Below are positions 8,490-20,635 of a stretch of 64,000 nt of DNA, in pieces. Within the stretch, counting starts at the first letter, position 1. Each line of letters starts with the position of its first letter. Made by a program: the position numbers and the translations under genes. The stretch is taken from positions 8,172 to 72,171 of the forward strand of contig JBAUWJ010000279.1 of assembly GCA_049583715.1 (NCBI GenBank), written 5' to 3'. The notes under the pieces were generated by a model that saw nothing but the letters and a program-made list of their open reading frames with translations, ran no database searches and was not told where the DNA came from. The stretch comes from Arenicellales bacterium. Lineage in GTDB: Bacteria; Pseudomonadota; Gammaproteobacteria; Arenicellales; JAANXG01.

Positions 8490-9257
8490 TCAGTCTACCG
8501 GCACCGTATAGTTCAGCCCCAGACGTCCGCCATCGGCATAGATAGTCTCGCCGGTGATATAGGACGCATCGTTGGAGGCCAGGAAAGACGCAATGGACGC
8601 CACTTCGCTCGGCATGCCGATCCGGCTGAGCGGCGTGCGTGACAGGATCTTCTTCTTGGCGGCTTCGTTGGTGGACACCACCGTTTCCAGCATCTCGGTC
8701 AGGATGCTGCCGGGGCCGATGGCGTTTACGCGTATATTGTGCTTGGCCAGGCTCAGGGCCATTACCTTGGTCAGTTGTGATACACCGCCCTTGGCCACGA
8801 CGTACGGGACCTGGTCGGGAATCGCGACCACGGCGTTGATCGAGGACATATTGATGATCGCGCCCCCGGTCTCCTGCTTCACCATCTGCCGGGCCGCCGC
8901 CTGGCCGAACAGGAACATGCCCTTCAGGTTGACCCGCATCACCCGGTCGAAGTCCTGCTCCTCGATGTCCAGAAAGTCCGCTCCGTGCACGATCGCCGCG
9001 TTGTTCATGGCGATGTTCAGCGCTCCAAAATGGCTGACCACCTGTCTGACGGCGTCGTTGACCGCCGACCCGTCGCCCACGTCGCACTGGATGAACATCG
9101 TGCCTTGTCCCAGTCTCGATGCGGCTTCGCCGCCCTTCTCCTTGTTGATGTCGAGGATCGCAACCTTGCAGCCATCCTCCACGAACCGTTCCGCGCAGGC
9201 CAGGCCGATGCCCTGCGCGCCTCCGGTGACCGCTGCGACTTGATCTTTGAGCTTCAT
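8490..9257 (-). CDS. SDR-family NAD(P)-dependent oxidoreductase
   Basis: 255 aa with the TGGAQGIG cofactor motif, an NNAA motif and the catalytic Y..AKGG (YxxxK) motif. Confidence 0.9.
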   Translation of the reverse strand: MKLKDQVAAVTGGAQGIGLACAERFVEDGCKVAILDINKEKGGEAASRLGQGTMFIQCDVGDGSAVNDAVRQVVSHFGALNIAMNNAAIVHGADFLDIEEQDFDRVMRVNLKGMFLFGQAAARQMVKQETGGAIINMSSINAVVAIPDQVPYVVAKGGVSQLTKVMALSLAKHNIRVNAIGPGSILTEMLETVVSTNEAAKKKILSRTPLSRIGMPSEVASIASFLASNDASYITGETIYADGGRLGLNYTVPVD

Positions 9258-9432
9258 AGTACCCTCCCTCTACATGTGTGGCTGACCGGGACTGAACAGC
9301 TATGACGATAACGTTTCAAATGGAGGCCGGCAACGTCGCGACAGACGGGTGCTCAGTCGCCGCGAGTATAGCAGGAACCGCCCGTGACTCTTATCATGCC
9401 TGGTACGTCAAGCCATCGATGGAATCGCACCC

Positions 9433-10806
9433 ATGTCGATCAGCGTTTTCGATCTCTTCAAGGTGGGCATCGGACCGTCCAGCTCCCACACCGTCGGACC
9501 CATGCTCTCCGCCTGGATGTTCGCCGCCCGCCTGCGGGACGATTCACTGCTCGACCAGGTCGCCCGCCTGGGCGTCGAGCTGTTCGGTTCGCTGGGAGCC
9601 ACCGGGAAGGGCCACGGCAGTGACTGGGCGGTCATGCTGGGCCTGGAGGGCGCCCGACCGGACACCATCGACCCGGCATCAGTGGGCCCCGCGGTATCGA
9701 GAATTCGCAGCGACCGGAAGCTGACCCTGCCCGGGAACAGGGCCATCCGGTTCGTGGAAGCCGAGGACCTCGCGTTTCACAAGCGCCGGACCCTGCCGAC
9801 GCACCCCAATGGTATGCAATTCACGGCTTACGACGCCGGCGGGGCGGTGCTTCTGCAGAAGCAGTACTATTCCATCGGGGGCGGCTTCGTGGTCGACGAT
9901 ACGGTTTCCGGCAGCGACAGGATCAAACCCGACGACACCGAGCTGCCGTGCGCGTTCACAACCGGCGCCCAGATGCTCACACAGTGCCACCGGCACGACC
10001 TGCCGATTTCGGCCGTGATGATGAAGAACGAAACGAGCTGGCGCTCCGAAGAAGAGACTCGCCGGGGACTCCTGCACATCTGGTCCGTGATGCGCGAATG
10101 CGTGGTCAACGGCTGTCGCAACGAGGGCCACCTGCCGGGCAAGTTGCAGGTGCGAAGACGCGCGCCCGAGCTCCTCCGGCGCCTGCAGAAAGGCAAGGAG
10201 TCGGACGCGCCCTTCGCCGTCTTCGACTGGACCAACCTCTATGCACTGGCGGTCAACGAAGAGAATGCCGCGGGCGGTCGAGTGGTCACCGCGCCGACCA
10301 ACGGCGCCGCGGGCATCGTCCCGGCCGTACTGCACTACTACGCCAACTTCATCCCCGATGCGGACGACGACGGGGTAGTCCGGTTCCTCCTGACTGCGGG
10401 CGCGATCGGCATCCTGTATAAGGAAAACGCCTCGATCTCGGGCGCCGAGGTGGGATGCCAGGGCGAGGTCGGCTCGGCCTGCTCCATGGCCGCCGGTGCC
10501 CTTGCGGAAGTCCTCGGCGGCACACCCGAGCAGGTGGAGAACGCCGCGGAGATCGCCATGGAGCACAATCTGGGCCTCACCTGCGACCCGGTGGGAGGCC
10601 TGGTTCAGATCCCCTGCATCGAGCGCAACGGCATCGCCGCCACCAAGGCCATCAACGCCGCCCGCCTGGCCCTGCACGGCGACGGCCGCCACTACGTCTC
10701 CCTCGACAAGGTCATCAGAACCATGCGCCAGACCGGCGCCGACATGAAAACCAAGTACAAGGAAACCTCCCGCGGCGGTCTGGCGGTAAACGTCATCGAG
10801 TGTTGA
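9433..10806 (+). CDS. sdaA: L-serine ammonia-lyase (iron-sulfur dependent, single chain)
   Basis: 457 aa. The N-terminus [24 protein letters not shown] is characteristic. The alpha-domain motif …[13 protein letters not shown]… is present. Confidence 0.95.
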   Translation: MSISVFDLFKVGIGPSSSHTVGPMLSAWMFAARLRDDSLLDQVARLGVELFGSLGATGKGHGSDWAVMLGLEGARPDTIDPASVGPAVSRIRSDRKLTLPGNRAIRFVEAEDLAFHKRRTLPTHPNGMQFTAYDAGGAVLLQKQYYSIGGGFVVDDTVSGSDRIKPDDTELPCAFTTGAQMLTQCHRHDLPISAVMMKNETSWRSEEETRRGLLHIWSVMRECVVNGCRNEGHLPGKLQVRRRAPELLRRLQKGKESDAPFAVFDWTNLYALAVNEENAAGGRVVTAPTNGAAGIVPAVLHYYANFIPDADDDGVVRFLLTAGAIGILYKENASISGAEVGCQGEVGSACSMAAGALAEVLGGTPEQVENAAEIAMEHNLGLTCDPVGGLVQIPCIERNGIAATKAINAARLALHGDGRHYVSLDKVIRTMRQTGADMKTKYKETSRGGLAVNVIEC

Positions 10807-10912
10807 GTGCGTTTCACTCTACCTCGATATGGAGCCATGAGGGAGCCCCTTCTGCCCCTGAGAGCAAAAGGGCAGGTTGAGGGGTGGCGGCGTAGCCGCC
10901 TGGTTTCCACCA

Positions 10913-10953
10913 CCCTCACCCCAACCCTCTCCCGCGAGCGAGAGAGGGAACGC
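10913..10953 (+). repeat. 'ccctcaccccaaccctctccc…gagaggg' REP-like hairpin element
   Basis: ccctcaccccaaccctctcccgcgagcgagagagggaacgc. A related copy lies in the opposite orientation at 28895-28933, and a related hairpin at ~4468-4492. Confidence 0.55.
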
Positions 10954-11011
10954 TGAAACCGCCCGAGGTGCTGATTGGTGCTGCCTCGGGCTTCGTCAGT
11001 GCTTTCCCCGA

Positions 11012-11138
11012 ACAAAGGGAGCGGCGTGTCCACATGGGCTGGGGAAGGTCTTTGTCGACCGTCTCGAGGCAGGAGCCGAGAGCGAGCCTACATGGACGTA
11101 CTTGCGGCGTGTCGACAAAGGCCTTCCCCAGCCCATGC
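11012..11138 (+). repeat. ~127 nt palindromic intergenic repeat, copy C
   Basis: Arms 11033-11059 and 11111-11137 pair at 26 of 27 positions; the single exception is a G:T. It lies between the convergent sdaA and purA genes. Confidence 0.85.
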
Positions 11139-11222
11139 TCTCCCGGGACCCGCCCACTGGCACATACGTCCTGGTACGTCGGTCAGAACGGTCAGTGCCC
11201 CGAATTGAACGTCGGACGCATG

Positions 11223-13705
<2,483 letters not shown>

Positions 13706-13718
13706 TGCAAAAGATCGG

Positions 13719-13913
13719 CTAGAAACGCACGATGTACAGCAAGACTGCCCCGACGCATATCAGGATCAGGCCCATGCCACGAAGCTGACCATCGTTGAGA
13801 CCCCGAATCAACTCCACTGTCTGCCTCCAGCGCTCCGGGTTGAGGAACGGCAGCAGGCCCTCGAAGATCAACACCAGTGCCAGCGCGGCGCCCAAGTCCT
13901 GCCAGCTGATCAT
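13719..13913 (-). CDS. DUF2065 (YjeT-like) small membrane protein
   Basis: 64 aa: MISWQDLGAALALVLIFEGLLPFLNPERWRQ…. It has two predicted TM segments and sits immediately after hflC, as yjeT does in E. coli. Confidence 0.8.
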   Translation of the reverse strand: MISWQDLGAALALVLIFEGLLPFLNPERWRQTVELIRGLNDGQLRGMGLILICVGAVLLYIVRF

Positions 13914-13930
13914 GCCGATGCGCGATGGAC

Positions 13931-14839
13931 CTACTGCACAGGGCTCGCCGGACGCTCGGCGTCCTTGGGCGGTGTGGCGTTGTTGAAATACTGGAAGAAC
14001 TGGGAGTCCGGCTGCAGCACCAGCAGATCGCCCTTGTTGCTGAACGCCTTGTCATAGGCATTCAGGCTGCGATAGAGCTTGTAGAACTCCTCGTCCTGAC
14101 CGAACGCCTTTGCGTAGATATGCGTCGCCTCGGCATCGCCCTCGCCACGGAGCATCTGTCCCTGGCGCTTCGCATTGGCGATGATGATGCGCCTCTGCCG
14201 ATCCGCATCCGCGCGTATCTTCTCGGCCTCTTCGGCGCCCTTGGCCCTGAGCTCCTTGGCAACCCGGGAGCGTTCGGCCTCCATACGCCGATAGACCCGC
14301 TCGCTGACCTCATCGACCAGATCCACGCGCTTCAACCTGACATCGACGATCTCCACACCGATCTCCTGCGCCTGCTCATTCGTAGCCTTCTGCACGAGAT
14401 CCATGATCTTGGAGCGGTCTCCGGAAACGACCTCCTGAACGGTGCGCTTCCCGAACTGCTCCCGCAGGCTGTCATTCACCCGCTGCGCCAGGCGCCGCTC
14501 AGCCGCCGCCTTGTTGCCGCCCACGGTGACATAGTAGCGGGCGACGTCAGCCACGCGCCACTTGACGAAGGAGTCCACCACGAGGTTCTTCTTCTCGTCG
14601 GTCAGATACTTCTGCGGACTGGCATCCATGGTCTGGATCCGCGCGTCGAACTTCTTGACGTTGTTCACGAACGGAATCTTCCAGTGCAGGCCGGGCTTGT
14701 CGTTCGACCGCACGATCTCGCCGAACTTGAACACAATGGCCTTCTGACGTTCATCGACGGTGTACATGGAAGACGACACGAGCACCACTATACCCACGAG
14801 AATGATCAGGGTAAGCACGGCTTTCCCACTCATGATCAC
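13931..14839 (-). CDS. hflC: Protease modulator HflC (SPFH/band-7)
   Basis: 302 aa with an N-terminal TM segment followed by an SPFH domain (…YTVDERQKAIVFKFGEIV…). It overlaps the hflK stop by 4 nt. Confidence 0.93.
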   Translation of the reverse strand: MIMSGKAVLTLIILVGIVVLVSSSMYTVDERQKAIVFKFGEIVRSNDKPGLHWKIPFVNNVKKFDARIQTMDASPQKYLTDEKKNLVVDSFVKWRVADVARYYVTVGGNKAAAERRLAQRVNDSLREQFGKRTVQEVVSGDRSKIMDLVQKATNEQAQEIGVEIVDVRLKRVDLVDEVSERVYRRMEAERSRVAKELRAKGAEEAEKIRADADRQRRIIIANAKRQGQMLRGEGDAEATHIYAKAFGQDEEFYKLYRSLNAYDKAFSNKGDLLVLQPDSQFFQYFNNATPPKDAERPASPVQ

Positions 14840-16059
14840 TCCTCCCTCTGGCGCAGATTCAGCCGGCTGCGTGCGTCCCGCACGTCGGACCCGCTTTGAT
14901 CCGACGACGCCGACGACGACGATGATGACGACGACGAGGACGGCGACACACCTCCAGTGCTGCTCGAATTCGAGCGTCGCTCCTTGAGCAGCTGATCCAG
15001 GGGCAGATACATCACGTTGTTTCCGGCCTTCTGGTCGATCAGGATCTTGCTGGAGTTCGTCAATACCTTTTCCATCTTTTCCAGGTAGAGACGTTGGCGC
15101 GTGATTTCCGGGGCCTTCTTGTATTCCTTCAGAATCTGTTCGAAGCGCGACGTGTCGCCTTCCGCCCCGGCGATGGTCGCTTCCTTGTAGCCTTCGGCAT
15201 CCTGGATCTCGCGTGCCGCCGCTCCTCGCGCGCGGGGCAGGATGTCGTTCCGGTACGCCTCCGCCAAGTTGATGATCCGGGCCTGGTCCTCCCGCGCCTT
15301 GACGGCGTCGTCGAATGCCGGCTTGACTTCCGCCGGCGGCTGCGCATCCTGCATTTCAACCGCGATAATGTTGATGCCGGTCAGGTAACGATCGAGTATC
15401 TTCTGCAGAAGATCCTTTGTCTTCGCCACGATGTCGGCGCGGCCCTCGGTGAGCGTAAAGTCCATCGTATTGGTGCCCACGACCTCGCGAAGCGCACTTT
15501 CGGTCGCGCCTCGAACGACGTTCTGCGTTGGATCCGCCACGTGAAAGACGAGATCCTCCGGATTCTTGATGTCGTATTGCACGGCCAGCTTGACGTCCAC
15601 GATGTTCTCGTCCTTGGTCAGCATCAAGGCCTCATGCGGCACCGACTGCTCCTGTCCTTCCCCCGTGCTCCGGTAACCGATTTCGACCGTGTTTACCTGC
15701 TGGACATTGACCGGAACCACCTGCTCGACGGGCCAGGGGATATGCCACTGCAGGCCGGGCATGGTGGTCGTCTGGAACTTGCCGAAGCGCAATACGACTC
15801 CGCGCGTGCCCTGGTCGACCACGTAGAACCCGGTCAACGCCCAGACCACGATCGCGACCACGATGATCGCGACGATGCCGGCCGCACCCGGGAACGAAGT
15901 ACCGCCGCCGCCGGACCCGCCGCCCGAGCCCCCGCCGAAGAACCCCTTCAGCGTCCTTTGAACGTTCTTGACGATCTCGTCCAGATCGGGCGGGCCACCC
16001 TGCCCACCCTTCTGGCCCCACGGGTCGTTACCGCCAGGCCCGGGTTGATTCCAGGACAT
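14836..16059 (-). CDS. hflK: Protease modulator HflK (SPFH/band-7)
   Basis: 407 aa. The N-terminus MSWNQPGPGGNDPWGQKGGQGGPPDLDEI… followed by a Gly-rich linker is typical of HflK. An SPFH domain is present, and the C-terminal tail is Ser-rich. Confidence 0.93.
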   Translation of the reverse strand: MSWNQPGPGGNDPWGQKGGQGGPPDLDEIVKNVQRTLKGFFGGGSGGGSGGGGTSFPGAAGIVAIIVVAIVVWALTGFYVVDQGTRGVVLRFGKFQTTTMPGLQWHIPWPVEQVVPVNVQQVNTVEIGYRSTGEGQEQSVPHEALMLTKDENIVDVKLAVQYDIKNPEDLVFHVADPTQNVVRGATESALREVVGTNTMDFTLTEGRADIVAKTKDLLQKILDRYLTGINIIAVEMQDAQPPAEVKPAFDDAVKAREDQARIINLAEAYRNDILPRARGAAAREIQDAEGYKEATIAGAEGDTSRFEQILKEYKKAPEITRQRLYLEKMEKVLTNSSKILIDQKAGNNVMYLPLDQLLKERRSNSSSTGGVSPSSSSSSSSSSASSDQSGSDVRDARSRLNLRQREE

Positions 16060-16206
16060 GAAAATATGCTCCTAAGCTGAGAGTATGGGAGACTGGTGTA
16101 AGGGAAGATCCTATCAGCTTACGCGTCGAGGAACGAATCGAGCCCTGATTCTAACAGACCGCAAACAGCGCTTGCTGGCCGAAATCATCGCTTCGACGCC
16201 GCCTTC

Positions 16207-17526
16207 TCAGCCCGCCAGCGCCGCGGCAAACCCATCCTCCAGCACCGAGCAGAGGCTGAACTCGGCGAGTTGGCCCGCTCGGCCCCACTGGGCCGCATCG
16301 ATATCCACGTCCAGCATCCAACCTCCCTCACCGTCGAGCTGCTCGTGCACCACGACCGAATGATCGTAGAGAAACGCCCTCACCCTCGCCGCCTGGGGCG
16401 GCACCCTCAGCCGCTCGTGCCGGCTGCCGCGAAACACGATGTACTCCAGCGCCCGGGACAATGCTTCGATGCCGTCGCCGCGCCGCGCCGATATCCACAC
16501 CGCGTTGGGCTGTCCATCGCCGGCGCGCTCCACCCGCGCCCGGATGCCGTCGCCGCAGTCGATCTTGTTGTACACCAGGAGGCGCGGCACGTCGGCGGCG
16601 CCGATCTCCTCCAGCACCTCATTGACGCGCCGGATGCGCTCGTCTCGATCGTCGGCCACGCTGTCCACCACGTGCAGCAACAGGGACGCGTTGGAGACTT
16701 CCTCCAGGGTCGAGTGGAACGCCTGCACGAGAGAGTGTGGGAGCTGTCGTATGAACCCCACCGTATCAGAGAGAACGATCTCGCGCCGGTCCGGCAGTAC
16801 GAGCTTGCGCATGGTCGGGTCGAGCGTCGCGAACAACAGGTCCTCGACGTAAAGACTCTCGCCCGTCAGCCGGTTGAACAAGGAAGACTTCCCGGCGTTG
16901 GTATAGCCGACCAGGCACACGGTCGGGATGGGCACCTTGCGCCGGGACCTTCTGCGCAGCTCTCGCTGCGCGGATACCCGTTCGAGGCGCTTGTTCAAGT
17001 ACTTGATGCGCTGACCGATCAAGCGCCGGTCCGTCTCGAGCTGCGTCTCGCCCGGGCCGCGCAGGCCGATGCCGCCCTTCTGGCGCTCGAGATGGGTCCA
17101 ACCCCGCACCAGCCGGGTCGAGAGATGACGTAGCTGCGCCAGCTCGACCTGCAGCTTGCCTTCCCGGGTTTCCGCACGCTGGGCAAAGATGTCCAGGATC
17201 AACCCGGTCCGGTCCAGCACGCGGCAGGACAACGCCTTTTCCAGGTTGCGTTCCTGGATCGGGCTCAAGGCGTGGTCGAAGATCACCAGCTCTCCCTGGT
17301 GCCGTTCCGCGGACTGCCGGAGCTCCTCCAGCTTTCCCTTGCCAATGAAGGTCGCAGGGTCCGGTGTGCGGCGCACGCCGGTGATGCGATCCCGAACCTC
17401 GGCTCCGGCGCTCCTGGCCAGCAGGGCAAGCTCCTCGATCGAGTCGCTGCGCTCGCCCGTCCGCGAATACTGATGGACGAGAAGCGTCCGCTCGGGTTGC
17501 CGCCCGGACGCGCTTCTCACAGGCAC
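16207..17526 (-). CDS. hflX: GTPase HflX
   Basis: 439 aa with G1 (GYTNAGKSSLFN), G3 (DTVGF) and G4 (NKID) motifs. It lies downstream of hfq. Confidence 0.93.
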   Translation of the reverse strand: MPVRSASGRQPERTLLVHQYSRTGERSDSIEELALLARSAGAEVRDRITGVRRTPDPATFIGKGKLEELRQSAERHQGELVIFDHALSPIQERNLEKALSCRVLDRTGLILDIFAQRAETREGKLQVELAQLRHLSTRLVRGWTHLERQKGGIGLRGPGETQLETDRRLIGQRIKYLNKRLERVSAQRELRRRSRRKVPIPTVCLVGYTNAGKSSLFNRLTGESLYVEDLLFATLDPTMRKLVLPDRREIVLSDTVGFIRQLPHSLVQAFHSTLEEVSNASLLLHVVDSVADDRDERIRRVNEVLEEIGAADVPRLLVYNKIDCGDGIRARVERAGDGQPNAVWISARRGDGIEALSRALEYIVFRGSRHERLRVPPQAARVRAFLYDHSVVVHEQLDGEGGWMLDVDIDAAQWGRAGQLAEFSLCSVLEDGFAAALAG

Positions 17527-17549
17527 TTCGATCTCATGCGCTTCGGGTG

Positions 17550-17801
17550 CTACTCCTCGAGGCCGTCACCGCCATCGTCGTAGGGGATCTTCACCGATTT
17601 CGCCGGCACGATGGTCGAAATAGCGTGCTTGTAGATCATCTGGCTCACGCTGTTCTTCAGCAAAACCACGAATTGATCGAACGATTCGACCTGCCCTTGC
17701 AGCTTGATTCCGTTCACGAGATAGATCGAAACCGGTACTCGCTCCTTGCGCAAGATGTTCAAAAACGGGTCTTGTAGGGCCGTGCCCTTCTGTTGAGCCA
17801 T
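17550..17801 (-). CDS. hfq: RNA chaperone Hfq
   Basis: 83 aa: …[42 protein letters not shown]…[13 protein letters not shown], covering the Sm1 and Sm2 motifs. Confidence 0.97.
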   Translation of the reverse strand: MAQQKGTALQDPFLNILRKERVPVSIYLVNGIKLQGQVESFDQFVVLLKNSVSQMIYKHAISTIVPAKSVKIPYDDGGDGLEE

Positions 17802-17869
17802 TTCTTACTCCTCATTGTTATACATAATGCAGCGTCTTTGCCTGGGAATGCGGCTTCAATTACCGGATT

Positions 17870-18838
17870 TCAAGCTTCACCCAGTCCCGGAAACACCGCC
17901 ATAAACGGATGCGCCCCCAGGTACGTACGGACTCCATCGACGGCTCCACGATTGTCACTGTCAATCCAGGTGACCGCCGATTGCCTGCGCAGCCATGTCA
18001 ACTGCCGCTTGGCCAAGCGTCTCGTGGCAGCAATGCTTGCTTCCATCATGCGATTATACCCGAGCCTGCCGCTCAAATAGTCTGCTACTTGTCGGTATCC
18101 GACCATCTTCAGCGACGGCGGTTCCGTGCCCCCCCCGTACGCCTTCAGCAACCCGGCCACCTCCGTCACCAGCCCCCGCTCGAGCATCTGTTCGAAGCGC
18201 ACCTCGATGCGCCGATGCAGGTTCTCCCGCAGGGCCGGGGCCAGGGCGAGCTTGATCAAAGGCCGGGGCCCGGGCAAACACAAGGCGCCATTGCTCCCAA
18301 GCCGCCTTGCAACGTTTCGACCCGTCAGGACGTTGACCTCCAGCGCGCGCTGTATTCGTTGCCTGTCATTGGGGGAGATCTCCGCCGCCCGGCGGGGGTC
18401 CCGCTCCGCGAGCTCCCGGTGGAGCGCGGGCCACCCGCACTGCCGGGCGCGGGATGCGATCTCCGCCCGCAGGCGAGGATCGGATGGAGGCAGCTCGGGC
18501 AGTCCGTGGAGCAAGGCGTCGAAGTAGAACATAGTGCCGCCGGTGAGCAGCGGAAGACGGCCACGGGCACGCACCTCCTCGATCAGGCGCAGCGCGTCCT
18601 CGCGGAACTGCGCCGCGGAGTAGGCCTGGTCCGGGTCCTTGATGTCGATCAGATGATGACGGCAGGCCTCCCTCTCCTCGGCGCCGGCCTTCGCCGTTCC
18701 GATATCGAGCCCCCGGTAGACCTGCGCGGCGTCCACATTGATGATTTCCGCCGGATAGCGCCGGGCCAGGGCGCAGGCCATCGCCGTCTTCCCCGACGCC
18801 GTGGGACCCATCAGGAATATCACCGGGATCATCATCAC
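17870..18838 (-). CDS. miaA: tRNA dimethylallyltransferase
   Basis: 322 aa with the P-loop GPTASGKT, plus …IINVDAAQVYRGLDIGTAK… and a position upstream of hfq. Confidence 0.93.
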   Translation of the reverse strand: MMMIPVIFLMGPTASGKTAMACALARRYPAEIINVDAAQVYRGLDIGTAKAGAEEREACRHHLIDIKDPDQAYSAAQFREDALRLIEEVRARGRLPLLTGGTMFYFDALLHGLPELPPSDPRLRAEIASRARQCGWPALHRELAERDPRRAAEISPNDRQRIQRALEVNVLTGRNVARRLGSNGALCLPGPRPLIKLALAPALRENLHRRIEVRFEQMLERGLVTEVAGLLKAYGGGTEPPSLKMVGYRQVADYLSGRLGYNRMMEASIAATRRLAKRQLTWLRRQSAVTWIDSDNRGAVDGVRTYLGAHPFMAVFPGLGEA

Positions 18839-18860
18839 CGCCCGCCAGTTTCCGGATCCA

Positions 18861-20630
18861 TCAGCGGCCCCGCAGAAACCATCCGTCGAGCTCCTTCAAC
18901 TCCAATTGCACCCAGGTCGGACGCCCATGATTGCATTCGCCGCTTCGCTCGGTCTCCTCCATCTGCCGCAACAGGGCGTTCATCTCGTCCAGCGTCAGTG
19001 ACCGGTGGGCACGGACGGAGCCGTGGCAGGCTACGGTGGACAGGAGCCGATCCGACAGCGCCTGTACGCGCTCGGTGCGACCGTGTTCCGCGAGGTCGGA
19101 CAGCACATCCCGCACCACGGCCGCCACATCGGCGTCCTGAATGGCCGCCGGAACGCTGCGGACCGCGAGTGTACGCTCCCCGAGCTGCTCGACCTCGAGG
19201 CCCAGGGATTCGAACAGGTCGCGCTGGCGCTCCCACACGCCCAGCTCCGCGTCGCCGACCTCCAGGGTCACCGGCACCAGGAGGGGCTGCCGGGCGAGGA
19301 CTCCGGATGCCTGTTGGAGCTTCAGCTTCTCATAGGTGATCCGCTCGTGGGCGGCATGCATGTCCACCACCACCAGTCCTTTGTCGTTCTGCGCCAGGAT
19401 ATAGACGCCATGCAGTTGTGCGACCGCGTAGCCCAGCGCCGGACCGGGAGCGGCCTGCTCCGCGGCCCCGGACGCACCCGCCGGCGAGACCTGGGCCAGA
19501 TGGCGATAGGCACCGAGCTGCTCATGCACCCGTGCGGGGAAAATCATGTCGGTCTGCCTGGTCGCCGGGACCCCCGCCGTCGTCCCGCCTGTCCTGCGGA
19601 TGTGGGCGCCGGCAGGGACGGTCTGCCCTGCCGGTCGTGAAACCTGTCGCTTCACGACCCCATGCACGAAGTCGTGGACACCGCGGCCGTCGCGGAACCT
19701 GACTTCATGCTTGGTGGGATGCACGTTCACGTCGACGAGGGCTGGGTCCACCTCCAGGTACAACACGAACGCCGGCTGCCGGCCGTGATGCATGACGTCC
19801 TGGTAAGCCATCCGAATCGCATGGGCGACGGTCTTGTCCCGAACGGCGCGTCCGTTGACGAAGAAGTACTGCAGCGTCGCCTGGGGTCTGGAAAAGGTGG
19901 GCAGACCGGACCAGCCCCACAGCCGCATGCCGAGGGCCTCCTCGTCGAGGAACACGGATTGCGCCAGGAAATCCCCGCTGCATACGGCGGCGACCCTTTC
20001 CGCGCGCTGATCGTGCGTCAGGGCCCGCGGATACCGGCTCGCCCGACCCCCGTTGTGCTGGAATGAGAGCTCGACGTCGAAGCGGCTCAAAGCGAGGCGC
20101 TTGACGGCCTGGTCGATATGCTTGAGCTCCGTTGTTTCGGCCTTCAGGAACTTCCGGCGCGCGGGTGTGTTGAAAAAGAGGTCCGAAACCTCGACTGTCG
20201 TCCCCACCGGGCGCGCGGCGGGTGCCGGACCGCTCAGCGGGCCGCCGCCTTCGCTGCTCACCCGCCAGGCCTGGTCATCGTCCCGGGTTCTGGAGGTCAG
20301 GGACAGCCGCGATACCGAAGCGATGCTCGGCAGGGCTTCGCCCCGGAATCCCAGTGAAACGACTCGTTCCAGGTCTGTCAGACTTCGCAGTTTGCTGGTG
20401 GCATGGCGGGCCAGCGCCAGAGGCATCTCTTCGTGCGCGATGCCCGTGCCGTCATCCGCGACCTTGACGCGCTTCACGCCGCCGCGTTCGACTTCGACGT
20501 CGATACGGGTGGACTGCGCATCCAGGCTGTTCTCCAGAATCTCCTTCACCACGGCCGCCGGGCGTTCGACGACCTCGCCTGCCGCGATCTGGTTGACGAG
20601 CTGCGAATCCAGGATCTGTATCGTCGCCAC
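18861..20630 (-). CDS. mutL: DNA mismatch repair endonuclease MutL
   Basis: The GTG at 20630 gives (M)ATIQILDSQLVNQIAAGEVVERPAAVVKEILENSLDA…, the canonical MutL N-terminus. This start is 5 nt after the amiB stop. The track ORF's upstream 146 codons overlap amiB and were rejected. Confidence 0.9.
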   Translation of the reverse strand: MATIQILDSQLVNQIAAGEVVERPAAVVKEILENSLDAQSTRIDVEVERGGVKRVKVADDGTGIAHEEMPLALARHATSKLRSLTDLERVVSLGFRGEALPSIASVSRLSLTSRTRDDDQAWRVSSEGGGPLSGPAPAARPVGTTVEVSDLFFNTPARRKFLKAETTELKHIDQAVKRLALSRFDVELSFQHNGGRASRYPRALTHDQRAERVAAVCSGDFLAQSVFLDEEALGMRLWGWSGLPTFSRPQATLQYFFVNGRAVRDKTVAHAIRMAYQDVMHHGRQPAFVLYLEVDPALVDVNVHPTKHEVRFRDGRGVHDFVHGVVKRQVSRPAGQTVPAGAHIRRTGGTTAGVPATRQTDMIFPARVHEQLGAYRHLAQVSPAGASGAAEQAAPGPALGYAVAQLHGVYILAQNDKGLVVVDMHAAHERITYEKLKLQQASGVLARQPLLVPVTLEVGDAELGVWERQRDLFESLGLEVEQLGERTLAVRSVPAAIQDADVAAVVRDVLSDLAEHGRTERVQALSDRLLSTVACHGSVRAHRSLTLDEMNALLRQMEETERSGECNHGRPTWVQLELKELDGWFLRGR

Positions 20631-20635
20631 GGGCT

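Noticed and set aside
7612-9087. Full 491-aa track ORF for the MipA gene; similar 5' extensions of mutL (to 21068), tsaE (to 23052), nnr (to 23894), the adaptor (to 33607), guaB (to 38924), gmd (to 42310), the SDR (to 43334) and HAD::UbiA (to 52727)
   Set aside because: The extensions overlap the upstream gene or a tRNA. They are compositionally junk (Arg/Gly/Pro/His-rich) and are absent from the well-known N-termini of the respective families. Shorter starts that create ATGA/GTGA junctions or match canonical N-termini were preferred.
376-11138. CRISPR array interpretation of the repeated palindromes
   Set aside because: There are only three copies, each ~127 nt long, separated by 4.4 and 6 kb of ordinary genes. 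There is no regular repeat-spacer periodicity and no cas genes.
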